NCBI GenBank assembly: GCA_041690135.1
Contig: JAWLHY010000001.1
Span: 1,152,001-1,216,000 of the forward strand
From: Armatimonadota bacterium
Lineage (GTDB): Bacteria; Armatimonadota; SYMT01
Length of the DNA: 64,000 bases
Direction: 5' to 3'
The notes under the pieces were generated by a model, which ran no database searches, was not told the origin of the DNA, and was given only the letters and a program-made list of their open reading frames with translations. This document shows, piece by piece, positions 62,232 through 64,000 of the stretch (its first letter is position 1; every line of letters starts with the position of its first letter). The translations under genes and the position numbers were made by a program.

Positions 62232-63103
62232 CCACCGAACCTGCCAGCGTGACGGTTTCCACCCCGGCGACGGCCGGCGGTGAGGCGGTCGTCCCCGAAA
62301 AGAGCAAGCCGAAGTTCGATCAGCGTTTCGTGGCGCCGATCTTCATCACGCTGGTGCTCATCGGCGCGCACTTCTCTGTCGGCGCCCTGGAGAGCCCGTG
62401 GAAGACGGCGCTGGCCATTGTCAGCTCGATTCTGACGGAGATCCTGCTCGGCCGGATCTTCACGGGCAAGACCCCTCACCTGGCCAGCGCGTACATCTCC
62501 GGCATCAGCGTGGGCATCCTGGTCCGATCGCCCTTCTTCTGGCCCTATGCCCTGTGCAGCATCATCAGCATCGCCTCCAAGTACGTGCTGCGGGTACAGG
62601 ACCGGCACCTCTGGAACCCGTCGAACTTCGGCATTGCGGCATTGCTGTTCCTGGCTCCCCAGGCTGTCGCCAGTCTCAGCATCCAGTGGGGCAACTCCAT
62701 TGGCGCTATGCTGGTGATCTGGACCCTCGGGTCGATCATCATCTACCGTTTGAAACGGTTCCACATCTGCGTCACCTACGTGATCTCTTTCCTGTTGCTG
62801 GCCGGTCTCCGCACCGCCATCACTGGGCACAGCTTCTGGGCCGAGGTCGCGCCGATTACGGGTCCGATGTACCAGTTGTTCACCTTCTTCATGATCACCG
62901 ACCCCAAGACTACGGTGAGTTCGAAGAAGGGGCAGATCGTGGTGGTGGTGCTGGTGGCCGTGGTCGAGTGCATCTTCCGGTTGTTCCAGAATGTTCACGC
63001 ACCCTACTACGCATTGTTCCTGGTGGGCCCCGCGGCGAACTATCTCGAGATCGTGATGAAGAAGCGCGACGGAGCCGCGCCTGCCAACTTGCAAACGGCA
63101 TAA
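62228..63103 (+). CDS. RnfD/NqrB-like (UnbU-like) membrane protein
   Basis: SKY.L...HLWNPSNFG, FFMITDPKT; ATGA overlap with the UnbV-like gene. Confidence 0.8.
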   Translation: MTTEPASVTVSTPATAGGEAVVPEKSKPKFDQRFVAPIFITLVLIGAHFSVGALESPWKTALAIVSSILTEILLGRIFTGKTPHLASAYISGISVGILVRSPFFWPYALCSIISIASKYVLRVQDRHLWNPSNFGIAALLFLAPQAVASLSIQWGNSIGAMLVIWTLGSIIIYRLKRFHICVTYVISFLLLAGLRTAITGHSFWAEVAPITGPMYQLFTFFMITDPKTTVSSKKGQIVVVVLVAVVECIFRLFQNVHAPYYALFLVGPAANYLEIVMKKRDGAAPANLQTA

Positions 63104-63177
63104 GCTGGTTAGCTTCCGGTTGACATCGTAATTCGCGCGGTCGGCCGCTGTACAGTGCAGAGGCGCAGGCAGCAAAT

Positions 63178-63816
63178 ATGGCTTCGGAACCCGTGTATCG
63201 GAGTTACGGCGACTGGGACTTCGTCGAATTCCAGGGGGTTATCACTTCTCTCCCGGCTGCCCACATCGAGGATCACCGCCGGGTGCTCGAGCGCGATGGA
63301 AGCACCGCGGAGAGATGGGGACTTGAGGCGTTTCTAAACCACGAGCATCCCGCAAGTTCACAAGCGTCGAGTCGAGAGGGCGTACGCAGCCTGCTGGATA
63401 TGGCGGCCGAAATGGGCGAGGCACTCCAGCACGCCTGGCCGGACCGCCACTTTCATGTTTTCTGCGTGCTGGGGAGCGACTACCTGACGTTCTACCAGGC
63501 GGACGCGGATGCGGATGCTCCCGCCACGGAAGTCAGCGAGTCTCGCCCCGCCCATTCGGTGTGGTCCAACGATCCGGACCTCCGGTGGTGTGATGCCTGC
63601 GGCGGCGACCAGGCATTCACTCCAGTGGCAGTGTCCGACCCGGAGTTTCCGATGCTGGCATGGGCATGTTGCCGGGTCTGTGGTCATGAGATGGTTGCGA
63701 CCGAGTGCCGCGTCACGTTCCGTGTTGGGCCAGGGATTCAACAGGATTTCGTGATCGGTGGCTACGTTCCCCAACCTCACGCCCCTACCTGGAAGGTCGC
63801 GAATCGCCAGGTGTAA
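63178..63816 (+). CDS. Hypothetical protein with C-terminal Zn-ribbon-like Cys pairs
   Basis: 212-aa ORF with WCDAC and CRVC. Confidence 0.55.
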   Translation: MASEPVYRSYGDWDFVEFQGVITSLPAAHIEDHRRVLERDGSTAERWGLEAFLNHEHPASSQASSREGVRSLLDMAAEMGEALQHAWPDRHFHVFCVLGSDYLTFYQADADADAPATEVSESRPAHSVWSNDPDLRWCDACGGDQAFTPVAVSDPEFPMLAWACCRVCGHEMVATECRVTFRVGPGIQQDFVIGGYVPQPHAPTWKVANRQV

Positions 63817-63912
63817 GGGTTTCGGGGCAGAACTTTAACTTTCTTGATCAGGTTCTGCACCGTTCACGGATCCCGCTTAGCCAACTCGTAGCAGGCTCAA
63901 GAGCGCGGGGTT

Positions 63913-63969
63913 CCAACTTTCAACCTTCAACTTTTGACTTTCAACCTTCAACCTGCCAACCTGCCAACC
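63913..63969. repeat. Heptamer/octamer tandem repeats
   Basis: CAACTTT/CAACCTT/CAACCTGC units. Confidence 0.6.
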
Positions 63970-64000
63970 CTGATCCAGTACGGGCGAACCGTACCCCTCA

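Noticed and set aside
56823-63103. Enediyne biosynthetic cluster, suggested by UnbU/UnbV-like genes
   Set aside because: No iterative PKS or thioesterase is present in the window.

Overview
GC-rich bacterial chromosomal window. The gene content (DUF1501/DUF1549-DUF1553 modules, PilT/PilU, many signal-peptide hypotheticals) resembles Armatimonadota/PVC-type genomes; this taxon guess is inference. Housekeeping content: tRNA-Sec, tRNA-Ala, a PilT/PilU ATPase, dnaE, clpB/hsp20, fhs, typA and recO. Accessory content: a RAYT transposase inside a BIME-like REP array, a second dispersed REP family, a YfiR-hybrid kinase signalling operon and a DUF1549/DUF1501/diheme cytochrome c/esterase operon. Four stretches stand out. 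(1) A complete lasso-like RiPP cluster (RRE, cyclase, precursor, kinase, B2 peptidase, nucleotidyltransferase, ABC exporter) whose 53-aa precursor breaks several lasso rules. (2) A co-oriented cluster of MBL nuclease, Clp1 polynucleotide kinase, histidine phosphatase, RecO and a polymerase-degenerate PolX that looks like a nucleic-acid end-healing module. (3) A seven-gene membrane/secreted system of His-rich membrane protein, YtkA/FixH, a 4Fe-4S protein, two ASPIC/UnbV propellers and an RnfD/UnbU-like protein. (4) A dense CCGAC/GTCGG motif array between dnaE and a DUF5343-like gene. All family calls come from motif recognition by eye, without database searches.
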